From Paramoeba atlantica (lineage: Eukaryota; Protista; Discosea), in the NCBI GenBank assembly GCA_977017575.1, contig CDRNVI010000099.1, positions 1 through 64,000 of the forward strand: DNA of 64,000 nt. The letters run 5' to 3'. The notes beneath the pieces were generated by a model that was not told the origin of the DNA, ran no database searches, and was given only the letters and a program-made list of their open reading frames with translations. Both the position numbers and the translations under genes were made by a program. Position 1 is the stretch's first letter; each line of letters starts with the position of its first letter. Of the stretch, positions 10,827-21,574 are shown piece by piece.

Positions 10827-12842
10827 GGCGGGCCGTTCGAGGCGCAGACCCGCTGGCGCGGGTGGTGCTTTACCTCGTGACAAGTAATCTTGAAGGAAAC
10901 AAGCTTCTGAAATCTTTTTTTTGAAGGACCCGCCCGGCGGGCCCTTCGAGGCGGTGCAGACCCGCTGGCGCGGGGAGTGCTTTACCTCGTGACAGGTAAT
11001 CTTGAAGGAAACAAGCTTCTGAAATCCTTTTTTTGAAGGGCCCGCCGGGCGGGCCCTTCGAGGCGGTGCAGACCTGCTGGCGCGGGGAGTGCTCTACCTC
11101 GTGACAGGTAATCTTGAAGGAAACAAGCTTCTGAAATCTTTTTTTTGAAGGACCCGCCCGGCGGGCCCTTCGAGGCGGTGCAGACCCGCTGGCGCGGGGA
11201 GTGCTTTACCTCGTGACAGGTAATCTTGAAGGAAACAAGCTTCTGAAATCCTTTTTTTGAAGGGCCCGCCGGGCGGGCCCTTCGAGGCGGTGCAGACCCG
11301 CTGGCGCGGGGAGTGCTCTACCTCGTGACAAGTAATCTTGAAGGAAACAAGCTTATGAAATCTTTTTTTTGAAGGACCCGCCCGGCGGGCCCTTCGAGGC
11401 GGTGCAGACCCGCTGGCGCGGGGAGTGCTTTACCTCGTGACAGGTAATCTTGAAGGAAACAAGCTTCTGAAATCTTTTTTTTGAAGCACCCGCCCGGCGG
11501 GCCCTTCGAGGCGGTGCAGACCCGCTGGCGCGGGGAGTGCTTTACCTCGTGGCAGGTAATCTTGAAGAAAACAAGCTTCTGAAATCTTTTTTTTGAAGGA
11601 CCCGCCCGGCGGGCCCTTCGAGGCGGTGCAGACCCGCTGGCGCGGGGAGTGCTCTACCTCGTGACAGGTAATCTTGAAGGAAACAAGCTTCTGAAATCTT
11701 TTTTTTGAAGGACCCGCCCGGCGGGCCCTTCGAGGCGGTGCAGACCCGCTGGCGCGGGGAGTGCTTTACCTCGTGACAGGTAATCTTGAAGGAAACAAGC
11801 TTCTGAAATCCTTTTTTTGAAGGGCCCGCCGGGCGGGCCCTTCGAGGCGGTGCAGACCCGCTGGCGCGGGGAGTGCTTTACCTCGTGGCAGGTAATCTTG
11901 AAGAAAACAAGCTTCTGAAATCTTTTTTTTGAAGGACCCGCCCGGCGGGCCCTTCGAGGCGGTGCAGACCCGCTGGCGCGGGGAGTGCTCTACCTCGTGA
12001 CAGGTAATCTTGAAGGAAACAAGCTTCTGAAATCTTTTTTTTGAAGGACCCGCCCGGCGGGCCCTTCGAGGCGGTGCAGACCCGCTGGCGCGGGGAGTGC
12101 TTTACCTCGTGACAGGTAATCTTGAAGGAAACAAGCTTCTGAAATCTTTTTTTTGAAGCACCCGCCCGGCGGGCCCTTCGAGGCGGTGCAGACCCGCTGG
12201 CGCGGGGAGTGCTTTACCTCGTGGCAGGTAATCTTGAAGAAAACAAGCTTCTGAAATCTTTTTTTTGAAGGACCCGCCCGGCGGGCCCTTCGAGGCGGTG
12301 CAGACCCGCTGGCGCGGGGAGTGCTTTACCTCGTGACAGGTAATCTTGAAGGAAACAAGCTTCTGAAATCCTTTTTTTGAAGGGCCCGCCGGGCGGGCCC
12401 TTCGAGGCGGTGCAGACCCGCTGGCGCGGGGAGTGCTTTACCTCGTGGCAGGTAATCTTGAAGAAAACAAGCTTCTGAAATCTTTTTTTTGAAGGACCCG
12501 CCCGGCGGGCCCTTCGAGGCGGTGCAGACCCGCTGGCGCGGGGAGTGCTTTACCTCGTGACAGGTAATCTTGAAGGAAACAAGCTTCTGAAATCCTTTTT
12601 TTGAAGGGCCCGCCGGGCGGGCCCTTCGAGGCGGTGCAGACCCGCTGGCGCGGGGAGTGCTCTACCTCGTGACAAGTAATCTTGAAGGAAACAAGCTTAT
12701 GAAATCTTTTTTTTGAAGGACCCGCCCGGCGGGCCCTTCGAGGCGGTGCAGACCCGCTGGCGCGGGGAGTGCTTTACCTCGTGACAGGTAATCTTGAAGG
12801 AAACAAGCTTCTGAAATCTTTTTTTTGAGGGGCCCGACCGGC
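10827..12842. repeat. 112-bp tandem array: 17 full units plus partial units at both ends
   Basis: Units start exactly every 112 bp from 10923 to 12715. Each has a GC palindrome (gaagg(a/g)cccgcc-n-ggcgggcccttc), a ttacct/aggtaa hairpin and a T7-8 tract. Confidence 0.97.
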
Positions 12843-13187
12843 TAACATTTTGCCTCTGGGAGGTCTATGTTCGATTCTACTTACGTCTTGTTTATGTTAA
12901 GCATTGAGCCCTTTATGTTGTACTTTAATAATGCAAAAGTGCACCTATGGGCACGTTCACTGGCTCAGTGAGACGGAACCGAGGTTCCCCCAACACTTAC
13001 ACCAGGTCGTGCATACGGAACATTTCGTTCGTTGACAGTTCTTTATGTATCTCTGCTTGGTTAGCCAACAGGCATTAAGCTCAGACGCCACGTCAAGGCG
13101 AGAGATAATTGTCTGAGGACCCTCTTCTCACGAAGAAGGTATTTAAAATGAATGTGATTTTCGTATCAATTTACTCTAATTTCTTTT

Positions 13188-16100
13188 CTATTTTCCACTG
13201 TACATTTCTTGTTCCACTGTATTTCTTGTTCTTCGCTCTTTTGCCCATACCGCTTCTACCGATTCCCGGCTGACGATCTGAGCAAGTTCCGTACGAGACA
13301 GTTCAGGAGGTGTTTCGAGACCTGGAGTTGCGCACTGAATCATCCAACGGCAAACGAATAAAGCACAGTCATTGGTGCCATCATCTTGCACCAAGGTTGA
13401 GCCCTGTATAATCTCCCAGCCACGTGGTCCGTGAAAGATATTTTGCGCAACAGTTTGCACATCTAAGAGCACTTCAGTTCTTCTCCTCGGATTGTGGTTA
13501 GGCAGGGAATCGAACCAAAGTAACTTTCCGCCTTCTTTATTTTCATGCGGTACGATAACACATAGAGCGAAGTGTTGATTGAAAAAGAATGGAACGGCAG
13601 TGCGGTCAGCCAAGAAAATTCTTGTTCTTATTTCTGCCGGTAAATCCCCTACTGATGTGGCATATCTCTTAAAAATCGTAGTTGCCACAGAACTATCCAA
13701 TACTTGATATCTTTCAGACGGGCTTGAAAGTACTGAACCTAAAGTGTTTATAACTGTGTCCGGTATAAATTGTCCAGGTTGTGTCCACTGATTGTCTTGC
13801 GTCCGATCTTTTAACTGGGGTCGCGTGTAAGTTTCACTTTCGCGCGACATAGGGTATTCCCCCTTTCTTTGCAGTTTCTTTTTCGTAGATGGCGGAGGGC
13901 AACGGTACAGAGTTTTTTCAGGTACGTATTTTTCATTGCCTTCCTTCTGCGTCATACGTTTCACAAATTTCGAAACGTCGGCGTTGGGTCGCAAGTTTTC
14001 CAAGTAGCTAAAGCCTCCATCACTTCTTTCAGGGAGTAACCAAAGTTGACTCACACTTTTTACTCTTGAGAGGGCCACGTACACCGAGGCATGACATAAC
14101 ATCTTGCTGTGATAGCATGTTGGTCTGCGGTTCAAGTCTATGCAGACATTTTCTGTAAGAGTAGCTCCCTGTACTTTGTGAATGGTGTAAGAGAAGCCGC
14201 ACCCAATTTCAAGCTCATCATCAATATCACTTTTTCGAAATTCAGCCGAAAGATTTCCGTCTACTGTTGAGGCCGAGATGCCAGCTATTGAGAAGGCTGT
14301 GCAATCCAAAATTTTACCAGGCCTTCCATTTTCTTTAATGTATGAGCTTAATTCTTCTTTGGTCTTCTCGTTCTTTACAATGATTTCATCTTCAATCATT
14401 AGCGTACCATTCACTAGTCGCCTCTGCGGGCATAGGTTGACTAGGCACATCACGGGTTTCCCAGGAACAGAAAAATACCTAGCGCCTCCTATTGAGAGCT
14501 CCAATACGGACATGCCTCTTTCCTGAGCAAATTCCTGACTCCGAAGTCTTGAAAGTACTTCTTTTTCTCTGTTGGTGCTCACCAGCATGCAAGAATTCTT
14601 TGGTATCCCATCAGTAGCATACTGGGCGTTTTTTAAGAAACCCTTAAATGATGAAGCGCATAAGCTTGGATCCCGCAAGTTCATCAGCATTCTTTGATGT
14701 TCAAAGTCCTTTTCACTTGTTCCATCTGCTCTATGTTGGGTGGTAAGATTCGTAAAAACAAAATCATTGATTCCTAATGTACATGAATGGGGGCTGCAGC
14801 TAGCACCGTAGACAAGTGATGAGCCTGAAGTTCGTACTGGGGGTAATTGGAAAAAATCCCCGACCATGACTATGGAAAACCCGCCAAATATTGCTTGGCT
14901 CTCAGAAACTGCACAAAGTCTTTGATGAATTTGCCACAAAGTCTTAGTTGACACACACGATGCTTCGTCGATCAAAACGGTATCCACGCCATTGAATTTT
15001 TCTTTTAACTTTTTCAGCCTCTGAGGGTTTAGATAATCTAGGAAAGCGCTCTTACTCTTTTTACTCCACGCTGCTGGGAAACAGAATCCAGAATGTATGG
15101 TCTCCCCATTAATGTTGACAGCGCAAGCCCCCGAGTATCCGAAGGCAAGTACGGATCTTGGGCGGAAAGCGTTCTTGGCTTCCATAAAGCATCGGCTGGT
15201 TTCACTTTTACCACACCCTGGACCTCCATGTAGAAAGGCTTTGTATCCTTCTGACAATCCTATATGATTTTCTGTTTGCTTTAGTGTGTTGAGAACGAAT
15301 TGCTCTTGATCCTTATCTAACTTTTTGTCGAGAGACCTATTCCTTATATGTTTTTCACCTACACGAAAAATGAGCTCAACACTTTTGTTTATACTAAGAA
15401 CTCGGGCTTTCGAGAACGGATTCTGATTCAAACTTTCCAATACATCTTCTTGCGTTACATTATTTTGCTTGAGCTCATCAATATCATGATCAGGCGTTTG
15501 ATTTGAAATTATCCTCCTGGATTTCCCAGCTGACACCTTTATCTGAAACTTGTATGTTTTGTTGTCGAAGTTATCGCGACAGGATGTACTCATTGCGCCG
15601 ATGCTCTGAGGCGCAGCATAGCAATGATTCGTTCTCTGATCCGATGTCCATGTATCTTTCAAAAGCCTTTCTACTTGATCTTCAAGTTCAACCAAGAAAA
15701 GTTCAGTTTCAACGTTTCTTTTCTTTCCTTTCTTCGAATTTGCTTGATGTTGTGCAAGGAGATCGTTCGCTTCCTGAATTCCATCCGCAGCTTCTTTTTC
15801 TAAACACCCAGTAGCTTCTGCAACATCTTGCGCTGTTTCTGTTAAGCCTTTTGATTTCCATTCTTCATAAGTAGTAGCTTCCTGGTGCCTAAACATGTTG
15901 ATCATGCATCTTGGTTCTTCAAAGGAAGAATCCTGAATTCCGATTCTCAAGTTATTGATGATCTTAATTAAGCAAGAGCAAATTTCCGGAGGGTATTCCG
16001 TTCCTTCCACCTTTTTTCCCTCACTACACTCCTTGAGTATCTTCAAGTACTCTTTCCAGTCGCTTGGCCTATATGATATTTTCTTATCTTTTGAGAAGGG

Positions 16101-19100
16101 GCGCATAAGGGCAGAAAAATATTTCGCGTGTTTTTTTGCTAAAACAGTTGTAGAATGATCGCAATCGACATCCCGGAGATGTGACCAGTGTGGTATATAC
16201 CCTGGAGATGGGATAACATATTTGCTCCGTATTCGCTGAGTAAAAGTTTCAATCAGCGGATGTCCTTTCTTGAATGCGAATGTAGTGTTTCTTGATCTCC
16301 CTTTCTTGGTTCTACCAATTGTTTTCACTGATGATATGCGAACTCTCGCAATAGTGGCGTCGTAAAGGTAAAAATTTAAGAACTCAAGTTCTGTGCCTCG
16401 AAAGTAATAGTCCAGAGCCTTACTGCACATTTCAGTAGACCCATCATCCCTTACAATCACATCAGAGAGGCCTTCATTATCTGATATTTCGCTATCAGTC
16501 TCTGTTTCGTCTTCCTGTACTCCTGAAACGCCTTTGACCATTAATTTAGATGCCTGCCGTACATCCAAGTAGGAAACTATATGGCTGCATTCTTCCGACT
16601 CATAACCAAGGCAACAATACATGGCCAGCTGGGCCGACACTTCTTGCATTCCTAGTTGACTATTTCCAAGCCTATTGCAGAGCAACGTGTCTGCTGAATT
16701 CTCGTGCGATCTTCGGCTTCCGTATTTTTCTTTGTGTTTTGCTGCTTGAACTGCCCCAATACAAGTATTGATATCAAGCAAGTTTTTGGACAAATATTTA
16801 AAAAGATAGAAAGTAGTTATCGCTGCAACGCAAGCTGATCCGAGAAAAACAACATTTGTATTGAATCCCAGGAGGCAGGACATGATCGAATTGTATTCTG
16901 CAGTATTTTTATCCCTTGATGATCTCTTAGGCAAGTACAATAGAGGGCGAAAGTCGGGTGACATATAACCAAAGAAAGAGGGCTCTGTACTTTCAGCACG
17001 GGCCGCCATATTTTCTGAAACTGTTTTTGCCACTACTTTTCCTGGTGTAGAACTTGATTGTTCTAACAAATAAAAAGCATTCAATGGCGTAACCTGGCGT
17101 GGGTATGCATATCGGCATTTTGTTGGCGCTACACCTATATTTTTGAAACATTTCTCCGTATGCACATGCTGTTGCACAGTTGATGCAACTCGATGCTCTC
17201 TGATATCCATGGCTTTCTGATTATCGAATGGCGGGCATGCCTCTAACCCCACTCTTCCCCCGACGCTTCTCGTATCTCCTTTATCCCACGGCACGGAAAC
17301 CGTCATCCAATCAGAAACTAATTGGCTTATACTGTTTCTTTCTGATTCCATATGAATCTTTTCGGAAGCATACTCAGCGAGAGGGATGCCCCATAGAACA
17401 ATATGCATATGCAAATTTCCTCTACCTTGTGTCTCAACCACCCCAAACATTCCCTTCATAATCTTGAAAATTCCGACGGGCATTTCTTCTGAAATAGCAC
17501 TGACCGATTGGCCTGATTTTTTAAATCGTTTGTGCGGGACTACACCAAATATCGTGGTAAGTAACGCATCAATAATTAAATGAAATGTTTGCGCTGCATA
17601 TGCAGGGTGATCTCGCACTTTTTGTACTCTTTGGTACGCATCGTCAATTAGAAAATCCTCTTGCACGCTTTTTGAAGAGGCGCATAGGTATTCCAGGGTA
17701 ATTTTCATATCTGGATCGCATGGGGATACGGTGACGTAGAGTGTCGGATGACCCATGAACCCATGAATTGCCACCATTTGTTTAAAGCACGCATTCCGAG
17801 CTGCGTCGGAAAATGGAACATCACGAGTTACAATATGCAGGACATTGCATGCTTCCAACAGAAGCTTACGATTTTCCTTTCGTTGAGGGTCCTTCTGTGC
17901 CTCCTTCAACTGCACAATTATATTTTCTTTTTCCAAAAGTTTCTTTGCTTTTTTCCACATATTGGGCTTGACCCTCACACTCCGAGCTAAGGAATGGCGC
18001 CTGATTTGATCCCAATGTAAGAAACCAAAATTTCCGTTTCTGCACCAACGAGGGTCTTTTTGCAACAACAAATGCTTCAGGCCGCTGTCAGGAGTAAGGG
18101 GGCGCTTTAGGAGATTGGCAGACGCTTCAGAAAGAACTGGAAAAAGATCTGGAAACCCCATTCCCAAAATTTTGTCATTCTCGTTAAACTCGTTAGCTGC
18201 ACTTGTAACGTGAATTCTGGCATGGTGCCTTCTTTGGTCATTACCTTTTATGAGGTTTGTTAGGCTTTCGACTATCTCATCCTCAGCATTTCGTTGGGGA
18301 GGTTCACATAGTAAAACGTTTTCTACCTCCGACTTTTCTTCTTCTATCGCGTTTCGTTTATGAGCTAATAGTGAAGCTGCCACTGAAATGGCATTGTTGA
18401 CAACAGTTGCTTCTTCAAGTATTCTTTTGCTTTCGTTCACCAAATCCTCTATTCTCTGTTCCGATATGTGAATATCTGAGTAGAATACATTGTGTTCTTT
18501 AAGAAAATAAAGCCAAGCTCTTGTAGCGTCAGCCCGAACAGAGAAATATGCCTGTAGGGAAGCATCTGTTTCAGCTTTCCTTTTTGTTTGTTCACCGACA
18601 AATGTCACAAACACCCTCTGTTCAGTAGCTGGAAGAATCTGAGCTATGTCCTGAGGTCCTGTTGAAAACAATGAAATAACATGATTTCGAAATTTTTTCT
18701 CAAAATTCCGCTCATGACGAATTTCACAGAGCGTCTGGAAATTCAGAATACGGCATATGGCCGATCGTTCGACAACTCCCAATGTTGGCAAACGGAGATC
18801 TCTTAAATTCAGACCAAAGTCCCAGTCGTTCTTAAACGAAAAGTATGGGATGCCTCCTAGTCTAACGCTTTTCCTGCAACGAGAACACGAGCGCACCTCA
18901 GTACCAAACACCGCCTCCGAATCTATGCAATACAGATTTCCACCTATCGAAGACGTGTGTTTTCCTTTTAAGTTTGCATCCATGCTAGCACGAAGCATGT
19001 CACAGTCTTTTACAGGGATTCCTTCCAAAATCTCATGGGAAGGTTCAATAACCCCACACACACCACACGACGTAGCTTTAAGCTCTGTATTCCTTTGGAA

Positions 19101-19562
19101 ATTATGAAAACATTCAGCTTTTTCTTCAGACGTGCAAGGCTTCAATTCCTGCTTCCAATCCTTTGGAAACATTGGTGATCCCTGTAAAAATTTTAGTGAT
19201 GCAGATCGAGGGCATTCTTCTGCCTTTTCAATTGATGCTAGTTTCCACTTCTGTTGTATGGCATTACTTTCTTCCGTCAATGCAAATTCCTGGGAAGGAC
19301 GCGTGTTCTGGTAAATTGACTCACTCTGGCGTTCATGAGACAAAGAGGCAATTTTTACGTTATGCTCAGGGGTGGAAACATGCAGTTTCACGTTTTCCAG
19401 TGAAGCAGCACCTCTATATTTGCAGGAGGAGCATCTGAACACTCGCCTGCTAGGTAAGAAAAGCACCTTTCTATGGGATTTGTTATACGTTGCTAAGAAG
19501 GCTCTAATTTGATGAGATTCCCCTTTCTCATGCCGTAATTTGATGAGATTCCCCTTTCTCAT
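13188..19562 (-). CDS. Helitron RepHel protein: HUH Rep + PIF1-family SF1B helicase + C-terminal Ulp1/C48-like cysteine protease
   Basis: Rep motifs: LYVTVSP, ETQGRGNLHMHIVLW, YLFKYLSK. Helicase motifs: HGGPGCGKS, LIDEAS, VGDFFQLPPV, YTIHKVQGATL, YVALSRV. Protease motifs: QHFALC, WFDSL, QDDGTNDCALF. 2124 aa with no stop codon. Confidence 0.92.
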   Translation of the reverse strand: MRKGNLIKLRHEKGESHQIRAFLATYNKSHRKVLFLPSRRVFRCSSCKYRGAASLENVKLHVSTPEHNVKIASLSHERQSESIYQNTRPSQEFALTEESNAIQQKWKLASIEKAEECPRSASLKFLQGSPMFPKDWKQELKPCTSEEKAECFHNFQRNTELKATSCGVCGVIEPSHEILEGIPVKDCDMLRASMDANLKGKHTSSIGGNLYCIDSEAVFGTEVRSCSRCRKSVRLGGIPYFSFKNDWDFGLNLRDLRLPTLGVVERSAICRILNFQTLCEIRHERNFEKKFRNHVISLFSTGPQDIAQILPATEQRVFVTFVGEQTKRKAETDASLQAYFSVRADATRAWLYFLKEHNVFYSDIHISEQRIEDLVNESKRILEEATVVNNAISVAASLLAHKRNAIEEEKSEVENVLLCEPPQRNAEDEIVESLTNLIKGNDQRRHHARIHVTSAANEFNENDKILGMGFPDLFPVLSEASANLLKRPLTPDSGLKHLLLQKDPRWCRNGNFGFLHWDQIRRHSLARSVRVKPNMWKKAKKLLEKENIIVQLKEAQKDPQRKENRKLLLEACNVLHIVTRDVPFSDAARNACFKQMVAIHGFMGHPTLYVTVSPCDPDMKITLEYLCASSKSVQEDFLIDDAYQRVQKVRDHPAYAAQTFHLIIDALLTTIFGVVPHKRFKKSGQSVSAISEEMPVGIFKIMKGMFGVVETQGRGNLHMHIVLWGIPLAEYASEKIHMESERNSISQLVSDWMTVSVPWDKGDTRSVGGRVGLEACPPFDNQKAMDIREHRVASTVQQHVHTEKCFKNIGVAPTKCRYAYPRQVTPLNAFYLLEQSSSTPGKVVAKTVSENMAARAESTEPSFFGYMSPDFRPLLYLPKRSSRDKNTAEYNSIMSCLLGFNTNVVFLGSACVAAITTFYLFKYLSKNLLDINTCIGAVQAAKHKEKYGSRRSHENSADTLLCNRLGNSQLGMQEVSAQLAMYCCLGYESEECSHIVSYLDVRQASKLMVKGVSGVQEDETETDSEISDNEGLSDVIVRDDGSTEMCSKALDYYFRGTELEFLNFYLYDATIARVRISSVKTIGRTKKGRSRNTTFAFKKGHPLIETFTQRIRSKYVIPSPGYIPHWSHLRDVDCDHSTTVLAKKHAKYFSALMRPFSKDKKISYRPSDWKEYLKILKECSEGKKVEGTEYPPEICSCLIKIINNLRIGIQDSSFEEPRCMINMFRHQEATTYEEWKSKGLTETAQDVAEATGCLEKEAADGIQEANDLLAQHQANSKKGKKRNVETELFLVELEDQVERLLKDTWTSDQRTNHCYAAPQSIGAMSTSCRDNFDNKTYKFQIKVSAGKSRRIISNQTPDHDIDELKQNNVTQEDVLESLNQNPFSKARVLSINKSVELIFRVGEKHIRNRSLDKKLDKDQEQFVLNTLKQTENHIGLSEGYKAFLHGGPGCGKSETSRCFMEAKNAFRPRSVLAFGYSGACAVNINGETIHSGFCFPAAWSKKSKSAFLDYLNPQRLKKLKEKFNGVDTVLIDEASCVSTKTLWQIHQRLCAVSESQAIFGGFSIVMVGDFFQLPPVRTSGSSLVYGASCSPHSCTLGINDFVFTNLTTQHRADGTSEKDFEHQRMLMNLRDPSLCASSFKGFLKNAQYATDGIPKNSCMLVSTNREKEVLSRLRSQEFAQERGMSVLELSIGGARYFSVPGKPVMCLVNLCPQRRLVNGTLMIEDEIIVKNEKTKEELSSYIKENGRPGKILDCTAFSIAGISASTVDGNLSAEFRKSDIDDELEIGCGFSYTIHKVQGATLTENVCIDLNRRPTCYHSKMLCHASVYVALSRVKSVSQLWLLPERSDGGFSYLENLRPNADVSKFVKRMTQKEGNEKYVPEKTLYRCPPPSTKKKLQRKGEYPMSRESETYTRPQLKDRTQDNQWTQPGQFIPDTVINTLGSVLSSPSERYQVLDSSVATTIFKRYATSVGDLPAEIRTRIFLADRTAVPFFFNQHFALCVIVPHENKEGGKLLWFDSLPNHNPRRRTEVLLDVQTVAQNIFHGPRGWEIIQGSTLVQDDGTNDCALFVCRWMIQCATPGLETPPELSRTELAQIVSRESVEAVWAKERRTRNTVEQEMYSGK

Positions 19563-19794
19563 GCCGTTGAACGTTCTTTCTCACTACTTCAATATTGCAA
19601 ACATCGCACATGTAAAGTGCAACGTTAACGCTTCCTTCTACTTTCTGAACATCATACGTTTCCTCACCATCTTTGCAATGCTTCTCCCGCATGTGCCGCT
19701 TCATGTTTCTTTGCAAACTAAAGCATCCGCAAATATTGCAACGTATTTTTTGACTCTCGTGAGACGACAGGTGGGTATGTCTCTTTTTCGGCAT
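19528..19794 (-). CDS. N-terminal C2H2 zinc-finger segment of RepHel, separated by a 31-bp tandem duplication
   Basis: CNICG...HMREKH and CDVC...HEKGESH. Removing one copy of the duplication (19506-19536 / 19537-19567) gives one frame from 19794 to 13188, 2191 aa. Confidence 0.75.
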   Translation of the reverse strand: MPKKRHTHLSSHESQKIRCNICGCFSLQRNMKRHMREKHCKDGEETYDVQKVEGSVNVALYMCDVCNIEVVRKNVQRHEKGESHQITA

Positions 19795-20346
19795 ACTAGA
19801 GGAATAAAAAAAGGGTTTGAAATTACTCTAGCACGAAATGCCACTCTATTACTGTACCTGAACACACTTCAACCTCGTAAACGCCAACTTCACTTTTCAT
19901 ACATTGTCAAACCATACAAAATTTCAAATTCCTTTCTTGGCAGTCTTCCACTAAAAGTGGCTTTTTCATTACTAATACAGTAATGATTCAACTTCCTACT
20001 TCTACCACTATAGTGAAGTGTCTTAGCTCGGGCGGCGGGGTGCGCTAAGCCCCAACACTACTAGCCTAAATCATCAACCAAAGCTTTCAAAGTGTGGTAG
20101 CAGTGCCCCTGGCCGGAGTGATTCTCTTTCTCTTTCCTTTATTTCTACCGCCCACCTTTCCACGCCCTTCTTTTTCTACACATCCTCGCTCTGTGTCTCT
20201 CCTGTCCCACCCTCTCTCTGAGAATAGCTCTCTCTGAGAATAGTATGACCCTGCTCGTTTTTTTTTCTCTACATATATACAAAATGCAAACCGTGTTTTT
20301 GGTGGCCAGCTGGCCACTTTTCGACGAAGCACAAACCGGGTTTTTG

Positions 20347-21345
20347 GTGGCCAGCTGGCCACCCTTCCACAACATGGCCAGCTGGCCACCCTTCCACAAC
20401 ATGGCCAACTGGCCACCCTTCCACAACATGGCCAGCTGGCCACCCTTCCACAACATGGCCAGCTGGCCACCCTTCCACAACATGGCCAGCTGGCCACCCT
20501 TCCACAACATGGCCAGCTGGCCACCCTTCCACAACATGGCCAGCTGGCCACCCTTCCACAACATGGCCAGCTGGCCACCCTTCCACAACATGGCCAGCCG
20601 GCCACTCTTCCACAACATGGCCAGCTGGCCACCCTTCCACAACATGGCCAGCTGGCCACCCTTCCACAACATGGCCAGCTGGCCACCCTTCCACAACATG
20701 GCCAGCCGGCCACCCTTCCACAACATGGCCAGCTGGCCACCCTTCCACAACATGGCCAGCTGGCCACCCTTCCACAACATGGCCAGCTGGCCACCCTTCC
20801 ACAACATGGCCAGCTGGCCACCCTTCCACAACATGGCCAGCTGGCCACCCTTCCACAACATGGCCAGCTGGCCACCCTTCCACAACATGGCCAGCTGGCC
20901 ACCCTTCCACAACATGGCCAGCTGGCCACCCTTCCACAACATGGCCAGCTGGCCACCCTTCCACAACATGGCCAGCTGGCCACCCTTCCACAACATGGCC
21001 AGCTGGCCACCCTTCCACAACATGGCCAGCTGGCCACCCTTCCACAACATGGCCAGCTGGCCACCCTTCCACAACATGGCCAGCTGGCCACCCTTCCACA
21101 ACATGGCCAGCTGGCCACCCTTCCACAACATGGCCAGCTGGCCACCCTTCCACAACATGGCCAGCTGGCCACCCTTCCACAACATGGCCAGCTGGCCACC
21201 CTTCCACAACATGGCCAGCTGGCCACCCTTCCACAACATGGCCAGCTGGCCACCCTTCCACAACATGGCCAGCTGGCCACCCTTCCACAACATGGCCAGC
21301 TGGCCACCCTTCCACAACATGGCCAGCTGGCCACCCTTCCACAAA
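20347..21345. repeat. 27-bp tandem array, ~37 units, containing the 14-bp palindrome TGGCCAGCTGGCCA
   Basis: Unit atggccagctggccacccttccacaac with only a few point variants; degenerate copies continue to ~21535. Confidence 0.97.
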
Positions 21346-21574
21346 TTGGCCACTTCTAAAACATGGTCACTTCCACAACATGGCCAGCTGGCCATGATGA
21401 TTTCGAATACGAGGAGGTACGTGTTCGGGTGCACTGTTCGTCGTTCGTGTAATAAGGCGTTGTACTTGAGGCGTTTATATTCATTCCAGCTGGCCACCCT
21501 TCCACAACATGGCCAGCTGGCCACTCTTCCACAACACTCTCCCACCCCTGTGGGACTCACTCAGTCGACTCACT

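Noticed and set aside
10827-12842. CRISPR array or 5S rRNA array
   Set aside because: Units are contiguous with no unique spacers, there are no cas-like genes, and the sequence does not resemble 5S rRNA.
20020-20056. Hairpin cttagc...gctaag followed 11 nt later by CTAG, resembling a Helitron1 3' end
   Set aside because: It is on the opposite strand to RepHel, upstream of the gene, and followed by C rather than T. The ATIR-type ends explain the element better.
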